Assembly: GCA_964646765.1 (NCBI GenBank) | Contig: CAZYIA010000003.1 | Coordinates: forward strand, 2,815 to 66,814 | DNA: 64,000 nt | Direction of reading: 5' to 3' | Source: an uncultured Candidatus Saccharibacteria bacterium | GTDB taxonomy: Bacteria > Patescibacteriota > Minisyncoccia > Phycocordibacterales > UBA9973 | Shown: positions 1-9,929 of the stretch, piece by piece | Layout of the letters: each line of letters begins with the position of its first letter | How positions within the stretch are numbered: the first letter of the stretch is position 1 | Made by a program: the position numbers and the translations under genes | The notes under the pieces: generated by a model | What the model was told of the DNA's origin: nothing | The model's database searches: none | What the model saw: only the letters and a program-made list of their open reading frames with translations

Positions 1-357
1 CACTATGACAATAACGGCAAAGTAGTTACCGGCCCTGCTTCTCGCGGCGGCAACAACTACACTTCTGTAAAACCAGTAACTGATAACAGGAATTTTGCGC
101 AAGCAAAAACGAATCAGTTCCAACCGAAGCAGTATCAACCTGCTTCAACTGGTAATAATTTCCAAAAACAGAATTTTCAGCCGAAGCAGCAGGCATCACA
201 GCAACGGTTTAATCAACCGAAGCAGCAAATGAATGCACCTCAGCGTTCGTTTACTCCATCTAACCAAGGAAGAGGCAATATGCAACAGATGCGTTCTGCC
301 TCCTCCTCTAACAGAGGTGGTGGTGGACAAAGAATGGCTATGATGGGCCATCGCTAA
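1..357 (+). CDS. 3' end of a gene running in from the left; Q/N/G-rich low-complexity C-terminus
   Basis: Frame 1 is open from base 1 to TAA at 355-357 (…NQFQPKQYQPASTGNNFQKQNFQPKQQASQQRFNQPKQQ…MAMMGHR*); not in the ORF track because it has no start. Confidence 0.7.
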   Translation, partial: HYDNNGKVVTGPASRGGNNYTSVKPVTDNRNFAQAKTNQFQPKQYQPASTGNNFQKQNFQPKQQASQQRFNQPKQQMNAPQRSFTPSNQGRGNMQQMRSASSSNRGGGGQRMAMMGHR

Positions 358-605
358 TGTTTTCTGTAGCGCAATAATAATGCGCAAAAATTGAAACTTG
401 GTTTTTCTAAATACGGGTGGGAAGGGTTCCTTAAAAAGTTCCTTTCCCCCTACTTTCAAGCTCTGAATCTTCCCTAGTTACATAACGGGGATCCGGTTGA
501 GCGCTTGATGGTAGGACTTTCCTAAAAAGGGAAGAAATTATAAGGCATTGACAATTATTAGAAGTCGTTCTAAGGTTCGCCTATTGACAGGTAGGTAGAA
601 TACGT

Positions 606-2822
606 ATGAAAAAAGCATTTAAAAATCTTTTCGTTCTCGGGGTGCTCGGCGCACTCTTCTTTTCTGTTGGAACTGCTTTTGCTCAAGAGCAGTTTTCAAC
701 GATGACTCCATTGCTTCGCTCAAAGCTTAATGAGGGTTCAAATTATAATAACTCGCTCGGTTGGAGCACATCGACCTCTGGAGTGAATGGAGGGGACACG
801 GTTGCCCTTACGGTGTTTCTCTATAATCCATCGCAGCAAACCGCGAATAACGTTCGCATCACTCTTACTCCGCAGTCGACTGGTTCAGTATCACAGCAGA
901 CATTTACGGCGACACTTACTGCTGACAACTTTGCGCAAGCAAATGGCAGTACTAGTGTTTCTTTAAATACCCCGACGACACTGACATTCACTGGGATCGA
1001 CTCACAAGGAGCAACTGCAGTTGCCCTTTGGAAGGATCTTGGCGGCACTAACGGTACTAGTGATGCAACTGTTTCATATATTGATGGTTCAGCACTCTTT
1101 AATGGTGGTTTAAATATCGGCTCCCTTGCCCCAGACTGTCCTGGAGATGGTGGCTGTCACCAGGGGGCTCTTGTTATTCATTTCCGTGCAGGTCAAGGAC
1201 AACAGCAGTCGCAGTGTTACATCAATAACTTCTACGCCTCACCATCAAACGTTTCGTACGGTTCAGCAACTACGCTCTACTGGAACTCAACAGGTTGTAC
1301 TAGCGCCAGTATTTCTGGACCTGGTATCTCAAGTACCAACCAGGGTCCGAACGGTTCAATTGGAACCAATGCTCTCTACAATTCTGCAACGTATACCATT
1401 ACCGCCTATGGGTCGGGAGGTTCTGACTCGCGTACTACGTATGTAACTGTAAATCAACAACAGCAACAGAGTTGTTCAATTTCTGCCTACGCTCTTCAAA
1501 ACCAAGTTTCCTACGGTGGTTCAACAACCCTCTACTGGAATTCAACTGGTGTAAACACCGTGTACATTTCTGGTTTGAACTATAACAACTACTACAATCA
1601 GTCATACTCAGGTTCAGTTTCAACCGGAGCAATTTACAACACTCAAACCTATACCTTTACTGCAAACTGTCAGAACGGTGGAACACAACAGCAGACAGTA
1701 ACAGTGTACGCAAATCAGCAGCAAACCTATCAGTGTAACGATGGATATGACAACGATGGCGATGGAAAAATCGACATGAATGATCCAGGTTGTACTTCAG
1801 TTTACGACAATGATGAATACAATCAGGCAACTGCTTCAGTAGTTACGGTGGATGCTTCAAGTATTACCCAGTCGTCTGCTCGCTTGAATGGTCTCTTGGT
1901 TAACTCTGGTGGTTATGCAACGAACGGCTACTTCCAGTGGGGAACAACGAGTGCTCTTGGTACAGCAACTTCAGCAATTTCTCTCGGTAGTGTTGGAACT
2001 AATTTCTACACGACAATCTTTGGTCTCTCGCCAAATACTACGTACTACTTCCGTGCAGTAGCAACAAACGCACTCGGAACATTTTATGGAGATATTGAAT
2101 CATTTGTAACTCCACCAGCAACAGTAATTACTCCACCGACCGTTGTTAACACAACAACAATTGTTTCGGGAACTGGTTCAGGTTCAAATCTTATTCAGCT
2201 TGAAATCGTTCCGAACAACTCAAACGTTGTTGGTATCACCACTGCAGGCGTAACAACTGCACCGACAGAAAATCCAATTATCGCTAATGTCTGTGTGGCT
2301 GACCACGTTACCTACCGTGTGTACTACAAAAATATTTCTGGTCGCACATTAAATGATGCAATCTTACACGTTGAGTTACCAAAGGATGTTACCTTTGAAG
2401 GAACAACTGCTGGTATTTATAACGCTTCTGATAGCACCATTACACTTCCAATTGGTACGCTCATCAAAAACCAAGACGGAACTTTCTTCATCACGGTAAC
2501 TGTGCTCCGCAGTGCTGTTGATCGCGACCTTCTTGTTGCAACCGCAACTATTACCGTTGAAAATCCAACCACGCTTGCTCGTGAGAATGCTATCGCTTAC
2601 GGTTTGGTTTCTACCACCCAATGTGCGAAGAATGGTCTTCTCGGCCTTGCGCTCTTCTCAGGATTCTGGCCAACAAGCCTTATTGGTTGGTTAATTCTTC
2701 TTCTCTTGGTTCTTATGGTGGTCTACCTTGCGAGTCGCTTTTACCGCGACCGTCGACCAGTAGCTCGCCCAGCTCCTCACTACGAGGATATGGATGTCCC
2801 AACGTATCGCCCGGGTCACTAA
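606..2822 (+). CDS. Large secreted, C-terminally membrane-anchored surface protein (Ig-like repeats, Ca-binding DxDxDG motif, FN3-like, DUF11-like)
   Basis: Signal peptide ending AFA; two 'SYG.STTLYWNSTG' repeats; CNDGYDNDGDGKIDMNDPGC; 'GLSPNTTYYFRAVA'; C-terminal TM followed by a basic tail. Confidence 0.85.
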   Translation: MKKAFKNLFVLGVLGALFFSVGTAFAQEQFSTMTPLLRSKLNEGSNYNNSLGWSTSTSGVNGGDTVALTVFLYNPSQQTANNVRITLTPQSTGSVSQQTFTATLTADNFAQANGSTSVSLNTPTTLTFTGIDSQGATAVALWKDLGGTNGTSDATVSYIDGSALFNGGLNIGSLAPDCPGDGGCHQGALVIHFRAGQGQQQSQCYINNFYASPSNVSYGSATTLYWNSTGCTSASISGPGISSTNQGPNGSIGTNALYNSATYTITAYGSGGSDSRTTYVTVNQQQQQSCSISAYALQNQVSYGGSTTLYWNSTGVNTVYISGLNYNNYYNQSYSGSVSTGAIYNTQTYTFTANCQNGGTQQQTVTVYANQQQTYQCNDGYDNDGDGKIDMNDPGCTSVYDNDEYNQATASVVTVDASSITQSSARLNGLLVNSGGYATNGYFQWGTTSALGTATSAISLGSVGTNFYTTIFGLSPNTTYYFRAVATNALGTFYGDIESFVTPPATVITPPTVVNTTTIVSGTGSGSNLIQLEIVPNNSNVVGITTAGVTTAPTENPIIANVCVADHVTYRVYYKNISGRTLNDAILHVELPKDVTFEGTTAGIYNASDSTITLPIGTLIKNQDGTFFITVTVLRSAVDRDLLVATATITVENPTTLARENAIAYGLVSTTQCAKNGLLGLALFSGFWPTSLIGWLILLLLVLMVVYLASRFYRDRRPVARPAPHYEDMDVPTYRPGH

Positions 2823-2905
2823 CACCCTATAGAGACAATGTAGAATCCGCTCCAAAAGGGCGGATTTTGCGTGATAAAATAAGGGATAGGCAAAAAGCCT
2901 CTACT

Positions 2906-3349
2906 ATGAAAAAAACTTTTACCATTTCAGAACTCCCCGATATCGCGAAAATGATACTCGCTCATGTTGGTAAGGAAAAACGTGAGGGTGCATTGGTTGT
3001 GACCGTTACTGGAGATTTAGGCGCTGGGAAGACCTCGCTTATTCAAGCAATCGCTAAAAAATTACAGATTAAGGAAACAGTGCATAGTCCAACCTTTGTT
3101 ATTTTAAAACGGTATCTAATTCCTAAAACAGCATCCTTAGGGGTTCGGTTTTCCAACCTAATTCATATCGACGCCTACCGTTTGATGCACGAACAAGAAC
3201 TTTCTAAATTAGGTTGGCATGAATTAGTGCACGATCAAAAAAATCTTATTTTTCTTGAGTGGCCAGAAAAAGTTCCTGGTCTTATTCCTAAAGATGCCAT
3301 CTCTATTTCACTCGATCACAAAGGGGAAGCTCGGCGGATTTCGTGGTAG
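2906..3349 (+). CDS. tsaE: tRNA t6A biosynthesis ATPase TsaE
   Basis: GDLGAGKT P-loop, HSPTF, HIDAYRL, EWPE motifs; start moved to ATG 2906. Confidence 0.95.
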   Translation: MKKTFTISELPDIAKMILAHVGKEKREGALVVTVTGDLGAGKTSLIQAIAKKLQIKETVHSPTFVILKRYLIPKTASLGVRFSNLIHIDAYRLMHEQELSKLGWHELVHDQKNLIFLEWPEKVPGLIPKDAISISLDHKGEARRISW

Positions 3350-3360
3350 AGTAAGAACTT

Positions 3361-4050
3361 ATGACTCAATCTGCAGAAATCATCCGACAAGTTAGTGCTC
3401 TTTCTTACCTAGGTATTTTTGGGCTTTCATTACTTGCGAATGTTGTTATCCCAGTGCCTGAAGAAATCTCCCTATTGGCTATTGGCTACGTTATCGGCAT
3501 GGGGAAGATTGATCCATTTATTACCACAGCTATTGTTATTGCGGGGCTTTTGGTTAGTGATCTGGTAATCTTTGTTCTTGCTCGCGGAGGGAATAAACCG
3601 TTGTCATTCATCTATAATAAATTTTTTGCGCGCACCCTTTCTAAAGATCCGGACTTTGTAAAAAAACATGTAGAAAAATTTATTTTCTTCTCACGATTTC
3701 TTGTGCAGCTGCGGTTCCTTGGGCCATTTTTGGCCGGGAAAGAAAAAACGTCACTCCGTACTTTTTTAACCTACGAATTTGCTGCACTTTTTCTCTATGT
3801 TCCAATTCTCCTTGCTTTGGGTGATTATTTCCGCGACCGATTTGAAGCAGTCGTTAGTGACTTAGGGGCAGTGCGCAATATCATTCTTATTATTATCGGT
3901 ATTTTTCTTCTCCTCTCTGTTATGCGGGTGATTCGTCAGTTTTTCTTAGGAGATCTTCTCATTTCCCTCAAAAGCGAAAACGAAGAATATGAAAAAACCT
4001 GGATTCCAGGCCTTCTTCGTCGTAAAGAAGAAATGACCCAAGCAGAATAG
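3361..4050 (+). CDS. DedA family membrane protein
   Basis: PVPEE motif, G..SD..F, 'FSRFL..LR' and multiple TM helices. Confidence 0.85.
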   Translation: MTQSAEIIRQVSALSYLGIFGLSLLANVVIPVPEEISLLAIGYVIGMGKIDPFITTAIVIAGLLVSDLVIFVLARGGNKPLSFIYNKFFARTLSKDPDFVKKHVEKFIFFSRFLVQLRFLGPFLAGKEKTSLRTFLTYEFAALFLYVPILLALGDYFRDRFEAVVSDLGAVRNIILIIIGIFLLLSVMRVIRQFFLGDLLISLKSENEEYEKTWIPGLLRRKEEMTQAE

Positions 4051-4073
4051 GGAGAGTAGGGTATACTCTTCGT

Positions 4074-6464
4074 ATGGCTAAAGAGGCACGAAAAAAGCTG
4101 GTTTTACTTGACTCCCACGCGATTATTCACCGGGCATATCATGCCTTACCAGATTTTTCGTCGTCGAAAGGAGAGCCAACGGGGGCGCTTTACGGGCTCT
4201 CCACGATGCTTTTGCGTATCGTTACTGACTTAAAACCCGATTATATTATTGCTTGTTACGATCTTCCCCAGAAAACATTTCGTCATGAAGCATATGATGC
4301 CTATAAGGCAGGGAGAGCAAAAGCCGATGAAGCTCTTATCTCTCAGATCATTGAATCACGTCGCGTTTTCGAAGCCTTTGGTGTGCCTATTTATGATGCC
4401 GTTGGGTTTGAGGCCGATGACGTGCTTGGGACAATTGTTGAAATAAGTCGAAGCGAAAAAGATCTTGATATTATCATTGCTTCCGGAGACATGGACACAC
4501 TCCAGCTTGTTGAGGGTACGCGTGTATCTGTTTTTACGTTACGAAAGGGAATTAATGACACCGTGCTCTACGACGAAGAGAGCGTGCTTGAGCGTTTCGG
4601 TTTTAAGCCAAAACTCTTACCTGACTATAAAGGTCTTCGTGGAGATCCATCTGATAACATTATTGGGATCAAAGGTATTGGCGAGAAAACCGCGCAGATT
4701 TTAATTTCTAAAATTGGAACTATTGAGAACCTCTATAAAAAATTAAAAACTGAAAAAGGGAAAAAGGAAATTAAAGAATTAGGGCTTACTGATCGAGTGG
4801 TGAATCTTTTGGTTGAAGGTGAAGAAGAAGCGCTATTCTCAAAAACGCTTGCAACGATTCGTCGCGATGCCCCAATTGCGTTCACGGTACCAGAAAAAAC
4901 ATTTCGTCAGTCCATTATTCTCGCCAACATTGAAGCACTTTTTCGAGAACTCGAGTTTCGCTCGCTGGTGGATCGGTTGCGCAAAGTGTTTGCTGAACAA
5001 GCGGCAGTACAAACAACCATGTTCGAAGAGGCTAACATTTCATCTTTTGATCCAAAGCAGCTCAAAGAACTTACCATTGCAGTTTGGCTTTTAAATAGTG
5101 AGGAAGGGTTACCAACCCCAGAGGATGTCTTAAGGTATAAAAATGCAGCTACAGGAGAAAAAGCCGCTGAGCTTATTTTGGCTGATATTGAGAAAGCCGG
5201 GCTTAGCTATGTCTACAAAACAATTGAACTTCCTCTTATTCCAATAATTTCCAAGATGGAAGAACGTGGAATTGCAGTTGATGTTCAATTTCTTAAAGAG
5301 CTAGGTAAGGAGTACCATAAAAATCTCTCGGCTATTGAGAAAGAAATTTATCGTCATGCCGGGCGAGAATTTAACATCAACTCACCAAAACAGCTCGGTG
5401 AAGTTCTCTATGATGAACTTAAGCTAGGGGAGACGAAAGGTGTACGACTCAAAAAAACTGCTGGTGGTGCACGTTCAACACGCGAGAGTGAGCTCGAAAA
5501 ACTTCGTGAGGCACATCCAATTATCGACGCTATTCTTCGTTTCCGCGAAATTCAAAAACTTCTCTCAACCTATATTGATACTATCCCTGATTTAGTGGGA
5601 AGCGACGGACGTCTCCATGCAAAGTTTCATCAAGCCGGTACGACAACTGGTCGCTTTTCTTCAACTGATCCTAACCTCCAGAATATTCCCATTAAGAACG
5701 ATCTGGGGCGTCGCGTTCGTCGCGGATTCGTCGCGGCAAAAGGACACACACTGCTTTCATTCGACTATTCACAGATTGAACTTCGTATCGCAGCCCTTCT
5801 TTCACAGGATGAATATCTTTTGAAGGTATTTGAAGAAGGCCGGGATGTACATGCCGCGGTTGCTTCTCGAGTGTTTGGTGTTAAAGAAACAGATGTTACT
5901 CGCGAAATGCGCCGTCGCGCAAAGGTTATTAACTTCGGAATTCTCTATGGCATGGGAGTAACAGCCCTTCAACAAAATTTAGGTACTGATAGAAAAGAAG
6001 CTCAAGCTTTTTACGATAATTATTTTGCTGAATTTCCAACGATTCGTGGTTACCTTGATGGAGTACTCGAATTTGCTGAGGCGAAAGGTTTTACCGAAAC
6101 CCTTTTTGGTCGCCGTCGTTACTTTGCTGCTCTTAAATCTAAAATTCCCTTTATTAAGGCCGCAGCAGAGCGTACGGCTATCAATGCTCCAATTCAAGGA
6201 ACTGCTGCTGATGTGCTTAAAATTGCCATGCAGCGCGCCGAGCGTGAACTTGCCGCCCAGAAACTTTCTGACAAAGCCCACCTGCTTCTTCAGGTGCATG
6301 ACGAACTCATTTACGAAGTTGAAGACAGTGTTGTTCAAAAAGTGGAAAGCATTGTTGAGGAAGCAATGCAAAATGCTATTCCACCAGAATTTTTGAAAGG
6401 TAAAAAGCCAGTACCACTTGCTGTTGGTAAAGGGCAAGCTTCTAATTGGGAAGATCTAAAATAA
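4074..6464 (+). CDS. polA: DNA polymerase I (5'-3' exonuclease + polymerase; 3'-5' exonuclease domain largely missing)
   Basis: IHRAYHALP, EADD, GDPSDNI, DYSQIELR, AKVINFGILYG, LQVHDEL. Confidence 0.97.
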   Translation: MAKEARKKLVLLDSHAIIHRAYHALPDFSSSKGEPTGALYGLSTMLLRIVTDLKPDYIIACYDLPQKTFRHEAYDAYKAGRAKADEALISQIIESRRVFEAFGVPIYDAVGFEADDVLGTIVEISRSEKDLDIIIASGDMDTLQLVEGTRVSVFTLRKGINDTVLYDEESVLERFGFKPKLLPDYKGLRGDPSDNIIGIKGIGEKTAQILISKIGTIENLYKKLKTEKGKKEIKELGLTDRVVNLLVEGEEEALFSKTLATIRRDAPIAFTVPEKTFRQSIILANIEALFRELEFRSLVDRLRKVFAEQAAVQTTMFEEANISSFDPKQLKELTIAVWLLNSEEGLPTPEDVLRYKNAATGEKAAELILADIEKAGLSYVYKTIELPLIPIISKMEERGIAVDVQFLKELGKEYHKNLSAIEKEIYRHAGREFNINSPKQLGEVLYDELKLGETKGVRLKKTAGGARSTRESELEKLREAHPIIDAILRFREIQKLLSTYIDTIPDLVGSDGRLHAKFHQAGTTTGRFSSTDPNLQNIPIKNDLGRRVRRGFVAAKGHTLLSFDYSQIELRIAALLSQDEYLLKVFEEGRDVHAAVASRVFGVKETDVTREMRRRAKVINFGILYGMGVTALQQNLGTDRKEAQAFYDNYFAEFPTIRGYLDGVLEFAEAKGFTETLFGRRRYFAALKSKIPFIKAAAERTAINAPIQGTAADVLKIAMQRAERELAAQKLSDKAHLLLQVHDELIYEVEDSVVQKVESIVEEAMQNAIPPEFLKGKKPVPLAVGKGQASNWEDLK

Positions 6465-6515
6465 CTAGATTCTTTTTATATACACTCCGCGTCAGGGGTG
6501 GAGAATGTGTATAGT

Positions 6516-7313
6516 TTATTTTGGGCGAATTTCGGAGTCGAGGCGTTTTGCTTCTGCCCAAGACAGTTCGTAAATTTTTTTCATAGCGTCTGCAATTTCG
6601 GCACTTTCAATAATAATACCAAGTTTTTCTCGCCAAGAAGCAATCATAACTTTATTGTCGTAAATATTTATTTCGGGAGAAAAATAAAATTTGTCTTTTG
6701 GTACAAAGGCGCTCTCTCGAGATTCTTCCTTGTCGTGTCGTCCTCGCTCAAAGCCAATATCAGTGTAGGGAATAATAGCCCGAATAGCGATGCCAGCACC
6801 CGCGCGGCGCTTGTAGTACTTTGGGAAATAGTTTGGAAGTGCAGCATGCATGTCATCCACAGTAGCGTATGCTCGAATTGGTTCGTGGGCAGTCAGTGTA
6901 TCCTCGTATACTTGTTGCATTCCTTCGGTCCCTTCGTAAAAACGCACACGTGGCCGACCAGCAACATTGTGAAGCGATTTTAGTTCTGGCACGAGAGTTT
7001 CTTGCGCAAGTTTTAATGCCTCGTGGCGATTTTTAATTTCTTCTGAAATAAATATCTCAATAGCCTCGGGAGATTCAGCCGCGTATTCTTGTTTTGGTTC
7101 TTTTCCGGAAACACTCGCCAGACCTTTTTGGGTGAGGGAATCCAAAATATCGTAGCCAGTAGTTCGATTAATACCCGCTTTTCGAGCTATCTGAGAAACC
7201 GTTCCTTTTCCTAATTCAAGGAGGGCTAAATACACAGCAACTTCTTTCTCGGAAAAGCCAATAGATGAGAGGGAAGTGCGAACCTTTAAATACTTATCTG
7301 ACTGATTTTTCAT
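6516..7313 (-). CDS. TrmB-family transcriptional regulator
   Basis: N-terminal wHTH 'GFSEKEVAVYLALLELG…RTTGYDILDSL', 'PRVRFYEG' and C-terminal 'EINIYDNKV' PLD-like domain. Confidence 0.9.
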   Translation of the reverse strand: MKNQSDKYLKVRTSLSSIGFSEKEVAVYLALLELGKGTVSQIARKAGINRTTGYDILDSLTQKGLASVSGKEPKQEYAAESPEAIEIFISEEIKNRHEALKLAQETLVPELKSLHNVAGRPRVRFYEGTEGMQQVYEDTLTAHEPIRAYATVDDMHAALPNYFPKYYKRRAGAGIAIRAIIPYTDIGFERGRHDKEESRESAFVPKDKFYFSPEINIYDNKVMIASWREKLGIIIESAEIADAMKKIYELSWAEAKRLDSEIRPK

Positions 7314-7429
7314 ATTTCTAACCTTATCATATGGAGGCTAATTGTGTCAATAATATTCCACAAAATTATATATTTATTTAAATTAACTTTAAAATAAGGC
7401 TTTAAATAAGAATATATTGACGCTTGGTA

Positions 7430-7458
7430 TTGACAAATTAAAATCAAACTGCTATGCT
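7430..7458 (+). promoter_or_regulatory. sigma70-type promoter divergent from the TrmB-family gene
   Basis: TTGACA (7430-7435), 17 bp spacer, TATGCT (7453-7458) with TG extension. Confidence 0.65.
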
Positions 7459-7505
7459 TTCTGTGAAATTCTATGGTCGTTTAGTAGGTAACTGGTTATA
7501 GACAT

Positions 7506-7598
7506 ATGGTAATACTTTTTATTGTGTTGCTAGTGGTCGTGATTGTTTCTGTGAGCCCTTCACCAGATTGTCATAAGAATAAATTTGATTTGCACTAG
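7506..7598 (+). CDS. Possible 30-aa membrane peptide (MVILFIVLLVVVIVSVSPSPDCHKNKFDLH)
   Basis: Short hydrophobic ORF just downstream of the promoter; below the ORF-track cutoff. Confidence 0.3.
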   Translation: MVILFIVLLVVVIVSVSPSPDCHKNKFDLH

Positions 7599-7685
7599 TA
7601 TGAACACTAATTTTTAGGGTAGAGAAATTGTATTTATCTATCCTATAAAGTTAGTAGCAAATAACGTATACTGACTTTTATATCC

Positions 7686-9383
7686 ATGAAAGATACTCAG
7701 ACAGGTTCGATGCAAACATGCAAGACATGCTCAAAGGAATTTGAAATACGCATGGAAGATAAAATCTTCTACGAGCAGGTAAAGACGGTTTCGCCTTTAT
7801 TTTGCCCAGAATGTCGCATGGCGCAGCGATTACAGTTCCGAAATGAAAGAGTTCTCTATAAGCGACCATGTGATCTGTGTAAGAAAGATATGGTCACACT
7901 CTATTCTCCTGAATCACCATATGTAGTCTACTGCAGTAAGTGTTGGTGGAGTGACGAATGGAATCCAAAAGATTTTGGAATGGAGTACGATCCGAGTAAG
8001 AAATTTTTTGACCAATATCGTGAACTTCAAAGTAAAGTTCCGCGACTCGGATTAGTTGCAATTCAAAATGTACGAAGTGATTACACTAATGGCTCAGCAG
8101 AGAATAAAGATTGCTATCTTGTTTTTGCCGCAGATTATAATGAAGAGTGCTTATACGGACGCTTGCTTCAAAGAGATAAGCAGTGTGTAGACTGCGCTTT
8201 TTTGCACGAATCGGAACTTTGTTACGAATGTATTGACTGCCGAGAATGTTTTAAGTGCATGTTCTCTGAGCAATGTCAGTCTTCAACAGATCTACTGTTT
8301 TGCTACAACCTGAGAAATTCAAATAATTGTATTTTTTGTACTAATGGCAGGAATCTTTCAAACGCAATATTCAACGTCCAATATTCTAAAGAAGAATTCG
8401 AGAAGAAAAAAGCAGAAATTTTAAAAGACTATGAAAGCATTGAAGAAGCAAAAAAAGAGTTTGAAGCACTAAAGAAAAAGACGCTGCGCAAATTTACGAT
8501 GCAGACAAAATGCCACAATGTGACCGGTGACTACATTCACAATTGTTACGATGGTGTGGAGCTCTTTGATACCTACGATGCAAAGAACTGCTCATATATG
8601 AAAGATACCGAAAAGCCTCTTGATAGCATGGACTGCAATAACTATTACTATAATCCGCAACTCGGTTATAACGTCATGGGAGCTCTCGAAGGAAGCATGA
8701 TGAAAAATTCTGCCTTCGTCTTTTACTGTAACGACGTTGAGTACTGTGATAATTGTCATCATCTTTCAAATGGCATTGGTTGCATCTCGATACGGAAAGG
8801 GGATTACATGATTTTAAATAAAAGTTATTCAAAAGAAGAGTATCTTGATATCAAGAAAAAAATTGAGAACCAACTCAAGGAAGATAATTTACTAGGCCAG
8901 TTTTTCCCTCCCAACGTTGCTCCTTTTGCCTACAACGAGTCTTTGATCCAGGACTTTTACCCACTTTCTCGCGAAGAAGCATTACAAAGAGGGTATCGTT
9001 GGCAAGAACACCATACCGGCACTTTCGGTAAAGAAACAATTACCGAGGAAAATATTCCTACAAGTATTGAAACTACTCCCGATTCAGTTCTTTCAGAAAT
9101 TTTAGCTTGTACTGAATGCGGAAAGAATTTTCGTCTCACTGAGATGGAGCTTTCCTTCTATCGTCGTATGGGTATTCCAGTACCACATAAAGACTTTGAG
9201 TGTCGACATCAAGATCGAATGAAAAAGCGTAATAGCATGAAGCTTTGGCACCGTTCCTGTATGTGCGAACAAAATGGGCATGATCATGCCGGTAAGTGTC
9301 CAAATGAATTTGAAACAACCTATGCCCCGGAGCGAAGCGAACAGATTTACTGCGAACCCTGCTATCAAAAAGAGGTTTCCTAA
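7686..9383 (+). CDS. Cys-rich multi-zinc-ribbon protein of unknown function (CPR-type), copy 1
   Basis: CxxC pairs at both termini, 'YCSKCWWSDEW', central periodic Cys repeats, 'IYCEPCY' end. Confidence 0.85.
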   Translation: MKDTQTGSMQTCKTCSKEFEIRMEDKIFYEQVKTVSPLFCPECRMAQRLQFRNERVLYKRPCDLCKKDMVTLYSPESPYVVYCSKCWWSDEWNPKDFGMEYDPSKKFFDQYRELQSKVPRLGLVAIQNVRSDYTNGSAENKDCYLVFAADYNEECLYGRLLQRDKQCVDCAFLHESELCYECIDCRECFKCMFSEQCQSSTDLLFCYNLRNSNNCIFCTNGRNLSNAIFNVQYSKEEFEKKKAEILKDYESIEEAKKEFEALKKKTLRKFTMQTKCHNVTGDYIHNCYDGVELFDTYDAKNCSYMKDTEKPLDSMDCNNYYYNPQLGYNVMGALEGSMMKNSAFVFYCNDVEYCDNCHHLSNGIGCISIRKGDYMILNKSYSKEEYLDIKKKIENQLKEDNLLGQFFPPNVAPFAYNESLIQDFYPLSREEALQRGYRWQEHHTGTFGKETITEENIPTSIETTPDSVLSEILACTECGKNFRLTEMELSFYRRMGIPVPHKDFECRHQDRMKKRNSMKLWHRSCMCEQNGHDHAGKCPNEFETTYAPERSEQIYCEPCYQKEVS

Positions 9384-9446
9384 AGCGCATTGCGTCCATT
9401 CTTAAGAGGTGTAGAATGGCAGAAGTATTGCGCTCCGTCAGTTTCT

Positions 9447-9923
9447 ATGTGGAAAATCGATAAAACAAACCTCATTCATATTGTTTTAGGACATTCATAC
9501 CTTGTGTATTTTGCCTCTATTTTGATTGGTCTAGCTATCGATATTGGTTGGCAGTACCACCTGGAACAAACTCTTCTTACAGGAATAGTGGGTTGGGTGC
9601 TCATAGTTGTTGGACCAGCAATTGTGTACTGGGCGCAGCATTCGTCTGTAAAACTCGCGGTTAAGCGTATTTGTGATGTGCATGGTATTTGCCCTGATGA
9701 TTTTCGTAAAGGTCCATATGCCTTTACTCGAAGTCCAACAAATTTTGGACTTTTCCTAATGATCATTGGTCTTGGTTTTATCCTTTCATCAGTTTCAGTG
9801 GTAGTTACAACCATCATCGCATTTTTGCTCACCCGCTATGTATTTATTCGCAAAGAAGAACAGCTTCTCGAAGAAAAATATGGTGACGCCTACCGGGATT
9901 ACAAATCCCAAGTTCGCATCTAA
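9447..9923 (+). CDS. Isoprenylcysteine carboxyl methyltransferase (ICMT/PEMT)-family membrane protein
   Basis: 'GPYAFTRSP' and 'EEQLLEEKYGDAYRDYKSQV' motifs. Confidence 0.8.
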   Translation: MWKIDKTNLIHIVLGHSYLVYFASILIGLAIDIGWQYHLEQTLLTGIVGWVLIVVGPAIVYWAQHSSVKLAVKRICDVHGICPDDFRKGPYAFTRSPTNFGLFLMIIGLGFILSSVSVVVTTIIAFLLTRYVFIRKEEQLLEEKYGDAYRDYKSQVRI

Positions 9924-9929
9924 GGTTAT

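Noticed and set aside
2621-2905. N-terminal extension of TsaE in the ORF track
   Set aside because: It overlaps the upstream gene and its terminator-like hairpin; TsaE-like sequence begins at ATG 2906.
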